A stretch of 64,000 nt of DNA from positions 33,771 through 97,770 of the forward strand of contig CAZJNU010000002.1 of the NCBI GenBank assembly GCA_964547485.1, given 5' to 3'. The position numbers and the translations under genes were made by a program. The notes below the pieces were generated by a model. It made no database searches. It was not told the origin of the DNA and saw nothing but the letters and a program-made list of their open reading frames with translations. This stretch comes from an uncultured Actinomycetes bacterium (lineage in GTDB: Bacteria > Actinomycetota > Actinomycetes > S36-B12 > UBA10799). Positions within the stretch are counted from its first letter, which is position 1, and every line of letters begins with the position of its first letter. This document shows positions 19,632 to 29,841 of this stretch, in pieces.

Positions 19632-20827
19632 AGATGGACCCCCCGCCCCAGCAGCGCGAGGCGCAGCGCCAGCCGGTCACGCGGATTCGACAGCGAGCTG
19701 CCCAGCGCCGCGCGCAACTGGGCCATTCGGTAGCTGACCGTCTGCGGATGGACAACCAGCGCCGCAGCTACAGCCGAACGGTCGCCGTCATGACCCAGCC
19801 ACGCAGAAAGAGTCTCCTCCAGCGTGCGGCGTCGTTCCCTCGGCAAGGAATCCAGCGGACGCAGGATTCGCTCAGCCAATTCCGCCAACAGGGCGGGATC
19901 GGCCGCAACAACCATCTCCGCGAGATGATCGTTAGCCACCACAACCGGCTCGGCGGCCACCACCCCATCGATTACCAGCCGATGTAACCGGCGCGCATGT
20001 GCCAACGAGACTGCCGCCTCCGAGGGTCCCCTGACAGTGCCGACGTAGACCCCCGTCTTCGGTGCGGAGGCCACCAACGCCGCCCGGCGGCCCGGCCCCG
20101 AGGGATCCGGTACCACTGCAATCACCTCGGCCCCGCGCTCCAACACCAGCACGTCTGCGGGGGCAGCAGGCAGCGGACGACCGGATCCGGCCGCACCGGG
20201 CACCACAGCGACTGCGAGTTTCGAGGGGAACACCCAGCCCGCCTCGTCTGCCAGCCGCCGCACGGCCTCCAGGTCGGTCGCCGCGAGGCCGTCGACAAGT
20301 GCCTCCGCCAGTCTCCGTCTGACGACATCCCGGTAGCCGGCCTGCGCGGCCTGCTCAGACACGTAGCCGGCCACGGTGACGGCCGAGAGTTCATCGATAT
20401 ACACGAAGATTGCCTCCGCCAGCGAGACCAGATCAGCAGTCTCGATACCGCCGGCGGTGGCAGCGGCCGACATCTGCTCCCAAGCGACTCGGGCACCGGT
20501 GCGATAGGCGCCCAATAGCGCCTCCAGGGTTCTGCCGGCGGCACGTTCACCGGCGCCGATCCGGCGGTACACCTCTGCCGCCCGGTCATCCAGCGCTACT
20601 TCGTCGCTGCCGAGCAGATCGAGGAGGCGCCGAAAGGCCGTCTCCACCCCGCGCAGCAGTACCGGGCCCATCGGCCCAGCCATACTCCCCCGATAACCCG
20701 GCACCTCCGCCTCGATAGCGTCGATCGCGGCCTCGATGGTCTTAGGCAGCACCGGGATCAGCAGCGGCCCAAGAGTCGGATCCAAGGCGGACCAAGGGCG
20801 GCGTGGCCCTTGCGAGCCTTCCATCAT
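19625..20827 (-). CDS. PucR-family transcriptional regulator
   Basis: 400 aa. The C-terminal HTH is TLEETLSAWLGHDGDRSAVAAALVVHPQTVSYRMAQLRAALG. Confidence 0.85.
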   Translation of the reverse strand: MMEGSQGPRRPWSALDPTLGPLLIPVLPKTIEAAIDAIEAEVPGYRGSMAGPMGPVLLRGVETAFRRLLDLLGSDEVALDDRAAEVYRRIGAGERAAGRTLEALLGAYRTGARVAWEQMSAAATAGGIETADLVSLAEAIFVYIDELSAVTVAGYVSEQAAQAGYRDVVRRRLAEALVDGLAATDLEAVRRLADEAGWVFPSKLAVAVVPGAAGSGRPLPAAPADVLVLERGAEVIAVVPDPSGPGRRAALVASAPKTGVYVGTVRGPSEAAVSLAHARRLHRLVIDGVVAAEPVVVANDHLAEMVVAADPALLAELAERILRPLDSLPRERRRTLEETLSAWLGHDGDRSAVAAALVVHPQTVSYRMAQLRAALGSSLSNPRDRLALRLALLGRGVHLQ

Positions 20828-20912
20828 TTATCACCTCGTGCTAGATAGTCGCACGGTTTTCTGTTCCGAGCCCCCGTAACCCCGCATCGAGCTATCCGCC
20901 ACGCTTAGAGGT

Positions 20913-21845
20913 ATGACTCAAGACAATCGAAACATCCCGCGACTCGACGGCGCCAGGGACAACACCATCGCTGCCTTCTTTGACCTGGATGGCACGCTGA
21001 TCCCTGGCTCGGCCAACATCCCATTGGCCAAGGCAGCCTTCCGAGCCGGAATGATGACGCCGAAGGAGCTCGCCAAGGATCTGCGCAACGGAGTGTCGTT
21101 CATTCTCAAGGGCGCAACTGACGAACGGTCCGAACAGGTGCGCGATCGGATTCTGGCTGCAGTGGAGGGCTATCCGGCAGCGCAGGTGGAGGCTTTGGCG
21201 GATACCTTCATGGCGGCGTTGGTCGACTCCGTCGAACCGACGATGCAGCAGGTGCTCGATGAGCACGCGGATCGCCACGAAGACCGGATCGTGCTGTCGG
21301 CCAGCCCGACCGAGATCGTGTCGAGGTTCGCGTCGGAGGTCGGCCTGGAGCATGGCACCGGAACCACCTCCGAGCGCGATGCCGACGGCGTCTATACCGG
21401 CCGACTGGTCGGACCCTTCTGCTACCGCGAAGGCAAGGTGGCGGTGATGAGGCAGTTGGCCGCCGAATATGGCTACGACCTGACGAAGAGCTACGCCTAC
21501 TCCGATTCCGTCAGCGATCTGCCGATGTTGGCCGCCGTCGGCCATCCGGTGGCCGTCAACCCAGAGCCGGCATTGCGGGATCTCGCCACCGAGCGCGGCT
21601 GGCCGATCATCGAAACCTCCGCCACCCCGCGCGCCAGGTTGACCTCTTTCTCAGGGATCACCCGGCTGGCCCGGACGGTCGCGGCCGGCACCGTCTCGGG
21701 GACGGCGTCGGTGACCGCCGCCGCATTCACCGCTGCCGCCGGCAGCGTCCGCCGGGCCGCCCGGACCGGCCGTCAGTTCGCTATCAAGGGCGCCCCTGGA
21801 ACGACCAGCAAGCGGTTGTCCTTGAGCGAGGCCCATCATGGCTGA
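20913..21845 (+). CDS. HAD-IB family hydrolase (SerB-like) with Ala/Thr-rich C-terminal extension
   Basis: AAFFDLDGTLIPGS, SASPTEIV and YSDSVSDLPML. Confidence 0.85.
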   Translation: MTQDNRNIPRLDGARDNTIAAFFDLDGTLIPGSANIPLAKAAFRAGMMTPKELAKDLRNGVSFILKGATDERSEQVRDRILAAVEGYPAAQVEALADTFMAALVDSVEPTMQQVLDEHADRHEDRIVLSASPTEIVSRFASEVGLEHGTGTTSERDADGVYTGRLVGPFCYREGKVAVMRQLAAEYGYDLTKSYAYSDSVSDLPMLAAVGHPVAVNPEPALRDLATERGWPIIETSATPRARLTSFSGITRLARTVAAGTVSGTASVTAAAFTAAAGSVRRAARTGRQFAIKGAPGTTSKRLSLSEAHHG

Positions 21846-23121
21846 GGAATCCCCGCCCCAAAAGGCGACCGCAGCCTTCGATCGCCGACCGCCACACCAA
21901 GGCGCTGCCGCCGCGCGTGCCACCGCTGCTGCCGTTTCGGAGGTTTCGACCACGGTCGAACGGATGCAACGCGCGGTCTTCGCTCGGGTCCGCCGCAGCA
22001 GCACAGCCGTCTCGACTGCTGTGCCGGCCGCCAGCCCGGTCGGCACCACGACAGCCGGCATCGTTGACCTGCTGGAGGCATCCGCTGCACTGACCCATTC
22101 CGCAGTGCGACTGACCGGGTCCGCGGTCGCGGCTGGAGTCGGCGCCGGGCTGCGGGCAAAGACACCGGCTGGCACGCTTGACGAGTCGCCGCGCGGGGCC
22201 GCGACGCTCGCCGGTATCAGTGCGGCCTTTGGCGACCACCTATCTTCATCGACGGGCACGATCGCGCTGACCACGCCGATGTCCGTCCGCAACCAGGGGC
22301 GAACCGTACCGGTGACGACCGCGGCACTTCGGCAGTCCTACCCCACCGCTGGAACCGGTGTGGCCGTCTTCGTGCACGGGTTGGCTGCGACCGAACTCGT
22401 GTGGGGCGAGCACTATCCGGCAGCCGTGGAACCGCTGACCGCTGTCATGCTGCGCTTCAACACTGGGGTGTCCGTCGAGGCAAACGGCGTCGCCCTCAAC
22501 CAGTTGTTGGCGGCGCTGGTCGACCAATGGCCGGTGCCGGTGGAACGCATCGTGTTGATCGGCCACTCGATGGGCGGGCTAGTGATCCGATCAGGCATCG
22601 CTGCAGGACAGGCCGGCGAAGAGGCCTGGCTTGCCGAACTCACCGACGTGGTGACGCTGGCAACGCCACATCGGGGTGCACCGATGGAGAAGGTCGCCAG
22701 CACCGCGATTCGGGCATTGCGGTTGGACGCGGTCGCGTCGCCGCTGGCAGACCTGTTCAACCGTCGGAGTCGTGGCATCAAGGACTTGCGGTTCGGCGCG
22801 GTCCATCCCGACGACTGGGGCGGGCTGGATCCAGACGATGTGCTGCATGACACCACCTCGCCGCATCCGTTGCCCGCCGGTGTCGACCACCATGGCGTGG
22901 TCGCGACCTTGGCCGCAGATCCTGGCGGACTTTCCGCACATACATTGGGCGACGGCTTGGTTAGACCCGCGAGTGCCGCCTTCACGCCGGGGGAAGTGCA
23001 CCGGACGCTCGTCCATATCCCCGCCGCCGGCCACAACAGACTGCTCGACCATCCCGACGTCGCGGCGCTGCTCCACGATGTGGCCGTGGCCGGTGGCAAC
23101 CGGACGGAACAACGACCCTGA
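21838..23121 (+). CDS. Alpha/beta hydrolase (lipase/PGAP1-like) with low-complexity Ala-rich N-terminus
   Basis: The nucleophile elbow is LIGHSMGGLV. It overlaps the HAD gene by 8 nt. Confidence 0.75.
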   Translation: MAEESPPQKATAAFDRRPPHQGAAAARATAAAVSEVSTTVERMQRAVFARVRRSSTAVSTAVPAASPVGTTTAGIVDLLEASAALTHSAVRLTGSAVAAGVGAGLRAKTPAGTLDESPRGAATLAGISAAFGDHLSSSTGTIALTTPMSVRNQGRTVPVTTAALRQSYPTAGTGVAVFVHGLAATELVWGEHYPAAVEPLTAVMLRFNTGVSVEANGVALNQLLAALVDQWPVPVERIVLIGHSMGGLVIRSGIAAGQAGEEAWLAELTDVVTLATPHRGAPMEKVASTAIRALRLDAVASPLADLFNRRSRGIKDLRFGAVHPDDWGGLDPDDVLHDTTSPHPLPAGVDHHGVVATLAADPGGLSAHTLGDGLVRPASAAFTPGEVHRTLVHIPAAGHNRLLDHPDVAALLHDVAVAGGNRTEQRP

Positions 23122-23175
23122 CCGGATAGTCGATCGGCGCCTGCTTTCCCGACTATTCATGTCAGGCTTGCCCGC

Positions 23176-24636
23176 ATGGCCAATACGCGGACCGATTCCG
23201 GCGGGTCGAGCTGGCGGGAGAAATGGCAGCAGCTGACCCGGACAAGCGCCGGGGCCCCCGACGAGGCACTCCACCTGGATCGATCGCTGAGCACCTTTGC
23301 GGTGTTGCTGCTCGCGGTCGGCTCCGTCATCGGCACCGGGATTTTCGTGATCCTCGGGGTGGTGATCCCGATAGCCGGGCCCGCGGTGGTGCTGTCGTTC
23401 ATCCTGGCCGGTTTCGCCTGCCTGCTATCAGGTCTCTCCTATGCCGAGATCGCAAGTTCCCTTCCGAGTTCGGGTTCGGTCTACTCCTATGCCTACGCAA
23501 GCGTCGGTGAGCTCGTCGCGTGGATCGTCGGCTGGTGCCTCATCCTGGAGTACGGCGTCGGTGTCGCGGCCGTCTCCGTCGGTTGGAGCGAGTACCTCAA
23601 CGAGGGCCTGCAACAAGCGTTCGGCGTCACCGTGCCGGCCGCCTTGTCCTACTCCCCCGCCTCGGGCGGGATCATCAACCTGCCCGCGGTCGTGCTCGTG
23701 CTCGGGATGGCCGCCGTCGTTTCGATCGGGGTGAAGGAATCGGCTCGAGTGAACGCGGCACTGGTGCTGACAAAACTGGTGTTGATCGTGGTCTTCCTTG
23801 GCATCGCCTTCATGGGCTTCAACTCCGCCAACCTGCACCCGTTCCTGCCGTTGGGGGTTGCCGGCGTGCTAGCGGCGGCCGGCAAACTCGTCTTCGCCTA
23901 CGCCGGTTTTGACGCCGCTGCGGTCGCCGGCGCCGAGTCCAAGAACCCCCGGAAGGCCATCCCGATCGCGATCGTCGGGGCGCTCACTCTGATCACAGTC
24001 ATCTACACCCTGGTCGGACTGGCTGCCGTCGGCGCCTGGCCCTGGCAGCAGTTTGAGGGCGCCGGCGGAGAGGCGGCCTTGGCGAAGATCGTGCAGGACG
24101 TCTCCGGTCAGGCCTGGACCAGCGAAATCATCTCGGTGGGCGCGATCATCGCGATCATCAGCGTGGTGCTGGCCCTGCTCTACACCCTGTCGCGGATCAT
24201 CTTCACGATGAGTCGCGACGGCCTGCTGCCCAAACGGTTCGGCTCCATCTCGCCTCGGACGCGGACACCGACCTTCGCCACCTGGTCGCTGGCCGGCGTG
24301 CTGGCCTTACTCGCCGCCTTCATCCCGCTGGACGATCTGGCCGCGGCCATCAGCCTCGGCACGCTGGTCGCGTTCAGCATCGTCAGCATCGCCGTGCTGG
24401 TCCTGCGTCGCACCCGCCCGGACCTGCCCCGGTTGTTCCGGGTCCCCGGCGGCCCGGTCATCCCGGTCATCGCGGTGGTGATCAATCTCGTGCTGATGTT
24501 GTCGCTACCGATGGCTACCTGGATAGTCTTCGTTGTCTGGCTGGTGATCGGACTTGCGATCTACTACTTCTACAGTCGGCACCGCTCGATCATCGGACCG
24601 GGCAGAGCGACCTCGACGAGCGGAGAGCCCGGATGA
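23176..24636 (+). CDS. APC-superfamily amino acid permease
   Basis: 486 aa with about 12 hydrophobic segments and the typical AVGSVIGTGIFV motif. Its stop overlaps the next start (ATGA at 24633). Confidence 0.9.
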   Translation: MANTRTDSGGSSWREKWQQLTRTSAGAPDEALHLDRSLSTFAVLLLAVGSVIGTGIFVILGVVIPIAGPAVVLSFILAGFACLLSGLSYAEIASSLPSSGSVYSYAYASVGELVAWIVGWCLILEYGVGVAAVSVGWSEYLNEGLQQAFGVTVPAALSYSPASGGIINLPAVVLVLGMAAVVSIGVKESARVNAALVLTKLVLIVVFLGIAFMGFNSANLHPFLPLGVAGVLAAAGKLVFAYAGFDAAAVAGAESKNPRKAIPIAIVGALTLITVIYTLVGLAAVGAWPWQQFEGAGGEAALAKIVQDVSGQAWTSEIISVGAIIAIISVVLALLYTLSRIIFTMSRDGLLPKRFGSISPRTRTPTFATWSLAGVLALLAAFIPLDDLAAAISLGTLVAFSIVSIAVLVLRRTRPDLPRLFRVPGGPVIPVIAVVINLVLMLSLPMATWIVFVVWLVIGLAIYYFYSRHRSIIGPGRATSTSGEPG

Positions 24637-26069
24637 CCACGAACCACTCACCGGATGCGTCGGCACCGGGTCCGCCGTGGCTGGGTCCGCTGCCGGAACA
24701 GCCGCAGATCTACGACAGCATGCTTGAACTGATCGGCAACACCCCGCTGGTCCGGCTGCACGGCCTGGCCCCGGGGACGGGGGCGGACTTGGTAGCCAAG
24801 GTGGAGTACTTCAACCCGGGTGGCTCAGTCAAGGACAGAATCGCGGTCCGGATGATCGATGCCGCCGAACGGGATGGTCTGCTGGTCCCCGGCGGAACCA
24901 TAGTCGAGCCGACCAGCGGCAATACCGGCGTCGGACTGGCCATGGTCGCCCAACAGCGCGGCTACTCGACCATCTTCGTCTGCCCGGACAAAGTGAGCCC
25001 GGACAAGATCGCCACTTTGCGGGCCTATGGCGCCGAAGTCGTCGTCTGCCCCACCGCGGTGCCACCTGAGGACCCACGGTCGTACTACCAAGTCAGCGAC
25101 AGACTGGCCCGGGAAACCCCGAAGGCGTGGAAACCGGACCAGTATTCCAACCCGAACAACCCCGAATCGCACTACCTCGGCACCGGCCCGGAGATCTGGC
25201 ACCAGACGGCAGGTCGGATCACACATTTCGTCGCAGGAGTCGGGACTGGTGGCACCATCACCGGGGTGGGCCGATACCTGAAAGAGGTGAGCCAGGGACG
25301 AGTGAAGGTGATCGGCGCGGATCCGGCGGGATCGGTCTACTCCGGTGGGAGTGGGCGACCCTACCTGGTGGAGGGTGTGGGCGAGGATTTCTGGCCGACC
25401 ACCTATGACCCTGCCATCTGCGACGACGTCGTGATGGTCAGCGACCGGGAGGCCTTCACGATCACCCGTCGGCTGGCCAGGGAGGAAGGGATGTTGGTGG
25501 GCGGTTCCTGCGGGCTCGCGGTGGCCGCCGCGATGAAAGTGGCCGCTGCGGCCTCAGCTGATGACCTCGTCGTGGTGCTACTGCCCGATTCCGGCCGCGG
25601 CTACCTGTCGAAGGTGTTCAACAACGAATGGTTGTCCTCGTTCGGGTTCCTTGCATCGGCCCGCACCGAGCACACCGCGGAGGAAGTGCTGGCCGCCCGG
25701 GTCGGACAGATCCCCTCCTTCATTCACCTGCACCCGACCGAGGCCGTGCGAGACGCGGTGGACCTCTTCAACGAATACGACGTCTCACAGGTCCCGGTGG
25801 TGACGTCGGAACCACCGGTGCTGGTGTCGGAGATGGTTGGCTCGGTGTCGGAGCGGGAACTGCTGGAGGTGCTGTTTCGCGGGGAGGCGAGTCTCTCGGA
25901 CCCGGTCGGGCGACATATGGGCCCCCCGATGCCGACTATCGGCGCGGGGGAATCCGTGGACGCCGTGGTGAGCGGGCTCGGAACAGCCGATGCGCTGGTG
26001 GTTCTCGCCGACGGACGACCAATCGGTGTTCTCACCCGCCAGGATCTGCTCAGCTTCGTCGCCCGTTGA
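24633..26069 (+). CDS. cbs: Cystathionine beta-synthase (PLP domain plus C-terminal CBS pair)
   Basis: NPGGSVKDRIA (PLP lysine), EPTSGNTG, and a C-terminal CBS-pair region (...VSQVPVV...ALVVLADGRPIGVLTRQDLL). Confidence 0.9.
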   Translation: MTTNHSPDASAPGPPWLGPLPEQPQIYDSMLELIGNTPLVRLHGLAPGTGADLVAKVEYFNPGGSVKDRIAVRMIDAAERDGLLVPGGTIVEPTSGNTGVGLAMVAQQRGYSTIFVCPDKVSPDKIATLRAYGAEVVVCPTAVPPEDPRSYYQVSDRLARETPKAWKPDQYSNPNNPESHYLGTGPEIWHQTAGRITHFVAGVGTGGTITGVGRYLKEVSQGRVKVIGADPAGSVYSGGSGRPYLVEGVGEDFWPTTYDPAICDDVVMVSDREAFTITRRLAREEGMLVGGSCGLAVAAAMKVAAAASADDLVVVLLPDSGRGYLSKVFNNEWLSSFGFLASARTEHTAEEVLAARVGQIPSFIHLHPTEAVRDAVDLFNEYDVSQVPVVTSEPPVLVSEMVGSVSERELLEVLFRGEASLSDPVGRHMGPPMPTIGAGESVDAVVSGLGTADALVVLADGRPIGVLTRQDLLSFVAR

Positions 26070-26110
26070 TGCCGAGCCACCCGATCGTGCCGCCACCGCA
26101 GGAGGACTCA

Positions 26111-27294
26111 TGACGTCTGACCCCACCCCTGGGTTCGCCACCCGTGCTATCCATGCCGGCCAGGAACCTGACAAGACCACCGGAGCGGTGATCCCAGCTA
26201 TCCACATGTCGACCACCTTCCGACAGGACGGCGTCGGCGTGCTGCCGGGCGGCTTCGAGTATTCCCGCAGTGGCAACCCGACTCGGGCAGCGTTGGAGGA
26301 ATGCCTGGCGGCGTTGGAGGGGGTGGACCTCGGCGGTGCAGCACTGCCGGACGTCCGAGCGCTGTCCTTCGCCTCCGGCCTCGCGGCCTCGGATGCACTG
26401 TTCCGATCGGTGTTGTCGCCTGGCGATCACGTGGTCATCCCCGACGATGCGTATGGCGGCACCTACCGACTGGTCAACTCCGTGCTCGGCGATTGGGGAG
26501 TGACGCACACCGTGGCGCCGGTGAGCGACCCCGCAGCGTTCGCGGCCGCCGCGATCCCGGGCCGCACCAAACTGATGTGGGTGGAATCGCCCACAAATCC
26601 AATGCTCGGCGTCGCCGATCTCAGCGCACTTGCCGACATTGCACACGCTGCCGGAGCACACCTGGTGGTAGACAACACGTTTGCCACCCCCTACCTGCAG
26701 CAGCCGATGGCCTGGGGCGCGGATGTGGTCGTCCACTCGGTCACCAAGTACCTCGGCGGCCACAGCGATGTGGTCTCCGGAGCCGTGATCGCGCGGGACC
26801 CGCAGTTGGTGGAGCGAATCGCCTTCCACCAGAACGCGATGGGAGCCGTTCCCTCGCCTTTCGACTGCTGGCTCACACTACGCGGAATCCGCACGCTGGC
26901 GGTGCGGATGGACCGCCACTGCAGCAATGCCCGGGCAGTTGTCGGGGCTCTGGTGGCGCACCCCCAGGTACTGGAGGTGTTCTACCCGGGCCTACCCGGC
27001 AACCAGGGACACGCGCTGGCGCTGAGGCAGATGCGCGACTTCGGCGGGATGGTGTCGTTTCGCGTCGCGGGCGGCTCGGACCGAGCCCGCGCGGTTTGTG
27101 CAGGCACCGAACTGTTCACCCTCGGGGAGTCTCTCGGCGGGGTCGAATCGCTTATCGAGCTTCCCGCCGCGATGACGCACTTGTCGGTGGCGGACTCGGA
27201 ACTTGCCGTCCCCGATGACCTGATCCGGCTATCCGTCGGTATCGAGGACGCTGAGGACCTGGTGGCCGACCTGGTTGCCGCTCTGTCGGCCTAA
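26111..27294 (+). CDS. Cystathionine gamma-lyase/gamma-synthase family PLP enzyme
   Basis: MTSDPTPGFATRAIHAGQEPD, YSRSGNPTRAALE, and the PLP lysine in HSVTKYLGGHSD. ATG 26111 is preferred to the ORF-track start at 25990, which overlaps cbs. Confidence 0.9.
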
Positions 27295-27554
27295 CCAGCC
27301 TGACCCACTACTTCAGCGCCCCCGGACCTCTTGGCGCCAGCCGTCAGATAGGCAATCGGCCCGAACGGCTGGATCACCAGACACACGGCCCACAGGACCT
27401 TGGGTCCGCGAACCTCAGCGCGGGGTCGCCGCCACAGGTCGACTGCCGCAGTGGCTGTCAGCGCCAGCTCGATCGACGCTCCCACCAGCACCAACGTCTG
27501 CTGCCCGCTGGACATATCTCGCCAGCGCTTCCTACTCTTCCCAACTGTTCCCAT
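27291..27554 (-). CDS. PLD-N-terminal-domain small membrane protein
   Basis: 87 aa with two hydrophobic helices and RWRDMSSGQQ...DLWRRP...KVLWAVCLVIQPFGPIAYL, typical of the PLDc_N family. Confidence 0.7.
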   Translation of the reverse strand: MGTVGKSRKRWRDMSSGQQTLVLVGASIELALTATAAVDLWRRPRAEVRGPKVLWAVCLVIQPFGPIAYLTAGAKRSGGAEVVGQAG

Positions 27555-27580
27555 GGTTCATCCTGGCATGATCAGCCCAG

Positions 27581-27922
27581 TCACGGAAAGATGTCGTCCA
27601 ACCACCCAACAGCGGCTTCGGTATCGGCCACCACCTCCGCGATGGCGGCATTTTCGGGGCGCCCGGCGGGCAGTACCAACCGGAGTTCCTGAAGTTCGGT
27701 TGCCAACAGCACCATCAGGTCCCGGGCTGCCTGCACCTGGCCGACCGCGGGTATTCCGCCAGCGTCCACCACGGTCACCACCTGCTCGAACCGGGCTTGG
27801 GCAAGGTGCGAGAGTTCGGTGGCCGCTGCTGCCCGCTCGACGATCTCCGGCGACAGTTGCGCGCCACCCCGTCGTCGCCAGCACATGATGTGAGGGTAGA
27901 ACTTGCCGGGCAGTTCGGACAA
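27581..27922 (-). CDS. Hypothetical protein
   Basis: 113-aa ORF with coding-like composition. No recognised motif. Confidence 0.45.
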   Translation of the reverse strand: MSELPGKFYPHIMCWRRRGGAQLSPEIVERAAAATELSHLAQARFEQVVTVVDAGGIPAVGQVQAARDLMVLLATELQELRLVLPAGRPENAAIAEVVADTEAAVGWLDDIFP

Positions 27923-27984
27923 GACGTGGCAGGTCGGCTAGACCGTCGGCCGGTCGCTAGCCTTGGCAGTAGCCGTCGCGGAGG

Positions 27985-28176
27985 TTGACGATGATCAACA
28001 AGGAATGGCACCAGCAGCATGTTCTCGGCAGCAACGCCCCATTGGATGCCCGGGTGGCATGGCATAGCGAGCACGTCCAGGTCTGCGGCTGCCGAGGCAT
28101 GCCGAAGTCAATCTCCGAGGAGATAGCGCGCCGCGAAGAGGCCGCTCGGGTTGACCAACCGGACACTGGTCGCTGA
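27985..28176 (+). CDS. Small conserved His/Cys-containing protein
   Basis: MTMINKEWHQQHVLGSNAPLDARVAWHSEHVQVCGCRGMPKSI. It resembles a widespread small bacterial family (KEWHxxHxM...RIxWHxxHxxxCxCR) that I recall only as hypothetical. Confidence 0.6.
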   Translation: MTMINKEWHQQHVLGSNAPLDARVAWHSEHVQVCGCRGMPKSISEEIARREEAARVDQPDTGR

Positions 28177-28205
28177 GCTGGGCCAGAGTCGCCTACCGTG
28201 GGACC

Positions 28206-28754
28206 ATGGCAGTGCATTCCAGCATGGTTCCGCTGGGGACAGCTCTTCCCGATCAGACCCTTTCCGACACCGGCGGTCGGCCGGTCAACCTGGCTGAACT
28301 GCGTGGCGCGGGCGTGCTGGTGGTGATGTGGTCCGCCAACCACTGCCCCTACGTGCGACACCTCGAGCGGTCGTTGGCAGCCCTCGCCGACGAGTTCGCA
28401 GACCGGGCCGTGTCGTTCGTCGCGATCTGCAGCAATGACGTGGTGGCGTATCCGGACGACGATCTGGCGGGCCTCACCGAGCAGGCTGAACGCGCGGGTT
28501 GGACGTTTCCCTACCTGATCGACCCCGACCAGACGGTGGCACATCAGTTCGGCGCGGTGTGCACGCCGGACTTCTTCGTCTACGGGATTGCGGGCGAGCT
28601 GGCATATCGCGGGGCGTTCGACAGTTCCACACCACGCAACCACGCCCCCGTGACCGGGGAGTTGCTCCGAACAGCGATTCTGCTCGCGGCCGCCGATCGT
28701 CCGATCCCGGAACCACACCGTCCGGCGATGGGATGCGCCATCAAGTGGCGCTGA
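28206..28754 (+). CDS. Thioredoxin-fold (redoxin/AhpC-TSA-like) protein
   Basis: 182 aa with VVMWSANHCPYV and CTPDFFVY. Confidence 0.8.
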   Translation: MAVHSSMVPLGTALPDQTLSDTGGRPVNLAELRGAGVLVVMWSANHCPYVRHLERSLAALADEFADRAVSFVAICSNDVVAYPDDDLAGLTEQAERAGWTFPYLIDPDQTVAHQFGAVCTPDFFVYGIAGELAYRGAFDSSTPRNHAPVTGELLRTAILLAAADRPIPEPHRPAMGCAIKWR

Positions 28755-28807
28755 CACGCGCGGTGACACTGACTCCGAACTTGCCATCGCGGCACTAGCG
28801 TTGGGGG

Positions 28808-29794
28808 GTGGAATCCCGAGAGTGCGACCTGCTGATCATCGGTGCCGGTCCCACCGGCCTCTACGGCGCCTACTACGCGGGTTTCCGCGGTTTCAGCACC
28901 GTGGTCCTCGACACGCTGCCGGAGTTGGGCGGCCAAATCACTGCGATGTATCCGGAGAAGGACATCTTCGATGTCGCCGGGTTCCCCAGCATCAAGGGCC
29001 GGGAATTGGTCGACCAACTCAGCCAGCAGGCGAGAACCTTCCCGATCGACTTCGTGCTCGGCGATCAGGCATGCGAACTGGAAACCTCCGACGATGGACC
29101 GGCTGTGGTCCGGACCGTCGCAGGTCGCGAGTTCACGACCAAGGCAGTGGTGCTCGCCGGTGGGATCGGATCGTTTCGACCCCGGCCGATCCCAGTCGGC
29201 GAAGAGTGGCTGGACCGCGGGGTCGCCTACTTCGTCCCCCGACTGGCGGACTATCGCGATCGGAATGTGGTCATCATCGGCGGCGGGGACTCAGCGTTCG
29301 ACTGGGCCTGGTCGCTGCAACCGGTCGCGACGTCCGTCACCCTGGTGCACCGGCGAGAGGCGTTCAGAGCCCATGCCGGCATGGTCAAGAAGGTGCGGGA
29401 CGCCGGAGTCACGCTGATAACGAGCCACCAGCTGAGTGCCGTCGCCGGAGGTGACACGGTCACCTCTGTGACGGTCAAGCACCGAGACACTGGCGAGGAG
29501 ACCGTCCTACAGGCCGACGCCGTGATCGCCGCATTGGGCTTCATCGCCAATATCGGGCCGATGGCGCAGTGGGGCCTCGAGCTGGAGAAGCGCCGCGTCA
29601 AGGTCGACAGCGCGATGCGGACATCCCTGCCGCGAGTATTCGCTGCCGGCGACCTGGCGGCCTATGACGGCAAGGTGCCATTGATCGCGGCGGGTTTCGG
29701 AGAGGCTGCCACGGCAGTCAATAATGCGGCGCCCCTGATAGATCCCCACTATGGGGTGTTTCCGGGGCATTCTTCAGGCGAATCCGGCGAGTAG
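28808..29794 (+). CDS. Ferredoxin--NADP(+) reductase, thioredoxin-reductase-like type
   Basis: DLLIIGAGPTGLYGAYYAGFRG, LGGQITAMYPEKDIFDVAGFP, and a second dinucleotide motif IIGGGDSAFDWA. Confidence 0.88.
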   Translation: MESRECDLLIIGAGPTGLYGAYYAGFRGFSTVVLDTLPELGGQITAMYPEKDIFDVAGFPSIKGRELVDQLSQQARTFPIDFVLGDQACELETSDDGPAVVRTVAGREFTTKAVVLAGGIGSFRPRPIPVGEEWLDRGVAYFVPRLADYRDRNVVIIGGGDSAFDWAWSLQPVATSVTLVHRREAFRAHAGMVKKVRDAGVTLITSHQLSAVAGGDTVTSVTVKHRDTGEETVLQADAVIAALGFIANIGPMAQWGLELEKRRVKVDSAMRTSLPRVFAAGDLAAYDGKVPLIAAGFGEAATAVNNAAPLIDPHYGVFPGHSSGESGE

Positions 29795-29841
29795 CACCCC
29801 CCGCCATCGGCGCCGCTGAGAAGTCGCCTACCCTCTGGCTC

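Noticed and set aside
23126-23156. ATAGTCG...CGACTAT inverted repeat after the alpha/beta-hydrolase stop
   Set aside because: It has a 7-bp AT-containing stem with a 17-nt loop and no U-tract. That is too weak to call a terminator or operator.
25990-26110. Upstream extension of the gamma-lyase ORF overlapping cbs by 80 nt
   Set aside because: Homology to the Cys/Met PLP family begins at MTSDPTPGFATRAIHAG (ATG 26111), and the extension is just the out-of-frame cbs 3' end.
27957-28787. 276-aa minus-strand ORF
   Set aside because: It is antisense to the small His/Cys ORF and the thioredoxin-fold gene, so it is a shadow ORF.
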